DNA of 64,000 nucleotides from an uncultured Enterobacteriaceae bacterium (GTDB lineage Bacteria; Pseudomonadota; Gammaproteobacteria; Burkholderiales; SG8-39): NCBI GenBank assembly GCA_964612335.1, contig CAZTDU010000005.1, positions 20,729 to 84,728 of the forward strand, read 5' to 3'. Shown piece by piece: positions 62,436 to 64,000 of this stretch (position 1 is its first letter; each line of letters starts with the position of its first letter). The notes under the pieces were generated by a model. It saw only the letters and a program-made list of their open reading frames with translations, ran no database searches and was not told where the DNA came from. The position numbers and the translations under genes were made by a program.

Positions 62436-62977
62436 GCGTAGGTCTCGGCGTCCGCCAGCGGCACGCCCTTGCGGTCCTTGTCGGTCATCACCGGCTCGCC
62501 GGCGAGCGGCCATTCGATCGCCAGCGCCGGGTCGTTCCACAGGAGCGTGCGCTCGTGCGCCGGCGCGTAGTAGTCGCTCGCCTTGTACAGCACCTCGGCG
62601 GCGTAGGACACGACGACGAAGCCGTGCGCGAAACCTGGCGGAATCCACGCCATCTGCTTGGCGGCGGCGGACAGCGTGAAGCCGACCCATTTGCCGAAGC
62701 TCGCCGAGCTGCGCCGCAAGTCGACCGCGACATCCCAGATCTCGCCCGCGATCACGCGCACCAGCTTGCCCTGCGGTTGCCGCACCTGGTAGTGCAGGCC
62801 GCGCAGCACGTTGCGCACCGACAGTGAATGGTTGTCCTGCACGAACTCGACGTCCACGCCGGTGGCCTCGTGGAACGCGCGGCGGTTGTAGCTTTCGAAG
62901 AAGAAGCCCCGGTCGTCGCCATGTACTTTCGGCTCGAGGATCAGCACGTCCGGCAACGCGGTGCGTATCGCCTTCAC
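62432..62977 (-). CDS. rmlC: dTDP-4-dehydrorhamnose 3,5-epimerase
   Basis: GTG start [52 protein letters not shown], and IPPGFAHGF. Confidence 0.9.
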   Translation of the reverse strand: MKAIRTALPDVLILEPKVHGDDRGFFFESYNRRAFHEATGVDVEFVQDNHSLSVRNVLRGLHYQVRQPQGKLVRVIAGEIWDVAVDLRRSSASFGKWVGFTLSAAAKQMAWIPPGFAHGFVVVSYAAEVLYKASDYYAPAHERTLLWNDPALAIEWPLAGEPVMTDKDRKGVPLADAETYA

Positions 62978-63852
62978 CGGCGTGCGCCCTCGGCAAGGAT
63001 GCGCAGCAGGTACTCGCCGTAACCGCTCCTGGCGAGCGGCTTTGCGAGCGCCTCGAGCTGCGCCGCATCGATGTAGCCCAGGCGGTACGCGATCTCCTCC
63101 GGGCAGGCGATCTTCAGTCCCTGGCGGCGCTCGATGATCTGGATGAACTGCGAGGCTTCCAGCAGCGACTCGTGCGTGCCGGTGTCCAGCCACGCGAGGC
63201 CCCGGCCCATGTTCAGCACTTCCAGTTCGCCCAGCGCGTGATAGGCGCGCTGCACGTCGATGATCTCCAGCTCGCCGCGCGCGGAGGGCTTGAGCGACGC
63301 GGCGATGTCGGCGACGCGGGAATCGAAAAAAAACAGGCCCACCACCGCCAGGTTCGAGCGCGGCCGCGCGGGCTTCTCTTCCAGGCTCAGCACACGGCCC
63401 GCGGCATCCAGCTCGACGATGCCGTGCCGCGACGGGTCGTTCACCGGGTAGGCGAGCACGCGGCCGCCGCGCAGGTTGTCGGTGGCGCGCTTCAGGAGCT
63501 TGGAGAAATCGTGGCCGTAGAAGATGTTGTCGCCGAGGATAAGCGCGACCGTGTCATTGCCGATGAATTCGCGGCCGATGATGAAGGCCTGCGGCAGTCC
63601 GTCCGGCGAAGGCTGCACCGCGTATGAAAGGCGCAGGCCCCACTGCGCGCCGTCGCCCAGCAGTTCGCGAAAGCGCGGCGTGTCCTGCGGCGTGGAGATC
63701 ACCAGGATGTCGCGAACTCCCGCGAGCATCAGCGTGGTGAGCGGGTAGTAGATCATCGGCTTGTCGTACACCGGGATCAGCTGCTTGGAGACGACCTGCG
63801 TCGCCGGCCACAGCCGCGTGCCCGAACCGCCGGCGAGCAGGATGCCTTTCAT
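62974..63852 (-). CDS. rmlA: Glucose-1-phosphate thymidylyltransferase
   Basis: [55 protein letters not shown], and [13 protein letters not shown]. Confidence 0.93.
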   Translation of the reverse strand: MKGILLAGGSGTRLWPATQVVSKQLIPVYDKPMIYYPLTTLMLAGVRDILVISTPQDTPRFRELLGDGAQWGLRLSYAVQPSPDGLPQAFIIGREFIGNDTVALILGDNIFYGHDFSKLLKRATDNLRGGRVLAYPVNDPSRHGIVELDAAGRVLSLEEKPARPRSNLAVVGLFFFDSRVADIAASLKPSARGELEIIDVQRAYHALGELEVLNMGRGLAWLDTGTHESLLEASQFIQIIERRQGLKIACPEEIAYRLGYIDAAQLEALAKPLARSGYGEYLLRILAEGARR

Positions 63853-64000
63853 GCCGCCTTGCGTACCACGTCGGCGGTCCAGGCCTGGTTGTCGAGGTAC
63901 CAGCGCACCGTCTTCGCCAGACCGGATTCGAAGCTCTCGGCCGGGCGCCAGTCGAGCTCGCGCGCCAGCTTCGCCGCATCGATCGCATAGCGGCGATCGT
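63849..64000 (-). CDS. rmlB: dTDP-glucose 4,6-dehydratase, C-terminal fragment (5' part beyond window end)
   Basis: The minus-strand frame reads ..[49 protein letters not shown]. The stop overlaps the rmlA ATG (ATGA). Confidence 0.85.
   Translation of the reverse strand, partial: DRRYAIDAAKLARELDWRPAESFESGLAKTVRWYLDNQAWTADVVRKAA

Noticed and set aside
1-64000. Mobile elements, prophage, CRISPR arrays, tRNA/rRNA genes, toxin-antitoxin or phage-defence cassettes
   Set aside because: I saw no transposase, integrase or recombinase motif, no repeat-spacer periodicity, and no tRNA-like or rRNA-like stretches. The two NUDIX genes and the small ORFs all sit in coherent glycan-biosynthesis operons, so I have no basis to call a defence system.

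Overview
This is a high-GC segment of a Gram-negative chromosome. Hand-counted sample lines give about 68-72% GC in most genes, and the taxon cannot be fixed from the sequence alone. Bases 1-6717 carry ordinary envelope genes: a rhodanese fragment, tolC, waaA, waaC, a core-type GT2, a DUF4254-like gene and manC. From 6714 to the window end there is one very large, tightly packed surface-glycan (O-antigen or capsule type) biosynthesis supercluster. It is arranged mainly as long minus-strand operons whose genes are joined by 4-nt start/stop overlaps. The supercluster contains:
- an ArnC/ArnE-F/GT-C-like undecaprenyl-phosphate-type module coupled to a B12-radical-SAM enzyme and an AsnB-type amidotransferase;
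- a lower-GC insert with a PhyH-like oxygenase, two DUF268 genes, an FkbM methyltransferase and an SGNH protein;
- three paralogues of an unrecognised domain fused to fasciclin-like modules;
- an SxtJ/DUF5989/carbamoyltransferase triad;
- five SGNH/GDSL-type proteins;
- at least nine methyltransferase-fold genes and two radical SAM genes;
- a short Wzm/Wzt ABC exporter;
- a split transketolase;
- a transaldolase-GmhA-GmhB-kinase/nucleotidyltransferase sugar-phosphate pathway;
- rmlBACD.

I found no rRNA, tRNA, CRISPR, transposase or integrase. The most interesting signals are:
- the uncharacterised VWG-domain/FAS1 paralogue family, set against a striking shortage of recognisable glycosyltransferases;
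- the LmbR/N/K/P/O-like gene set, which could make a heptose or an octose;
- a nucleotide-sugar dehydrogenase homologue and an adjacent SDR that both appear to lack canonical catalytic residues.

All functional calls come from by-eye motif recognition. No database searches were run.
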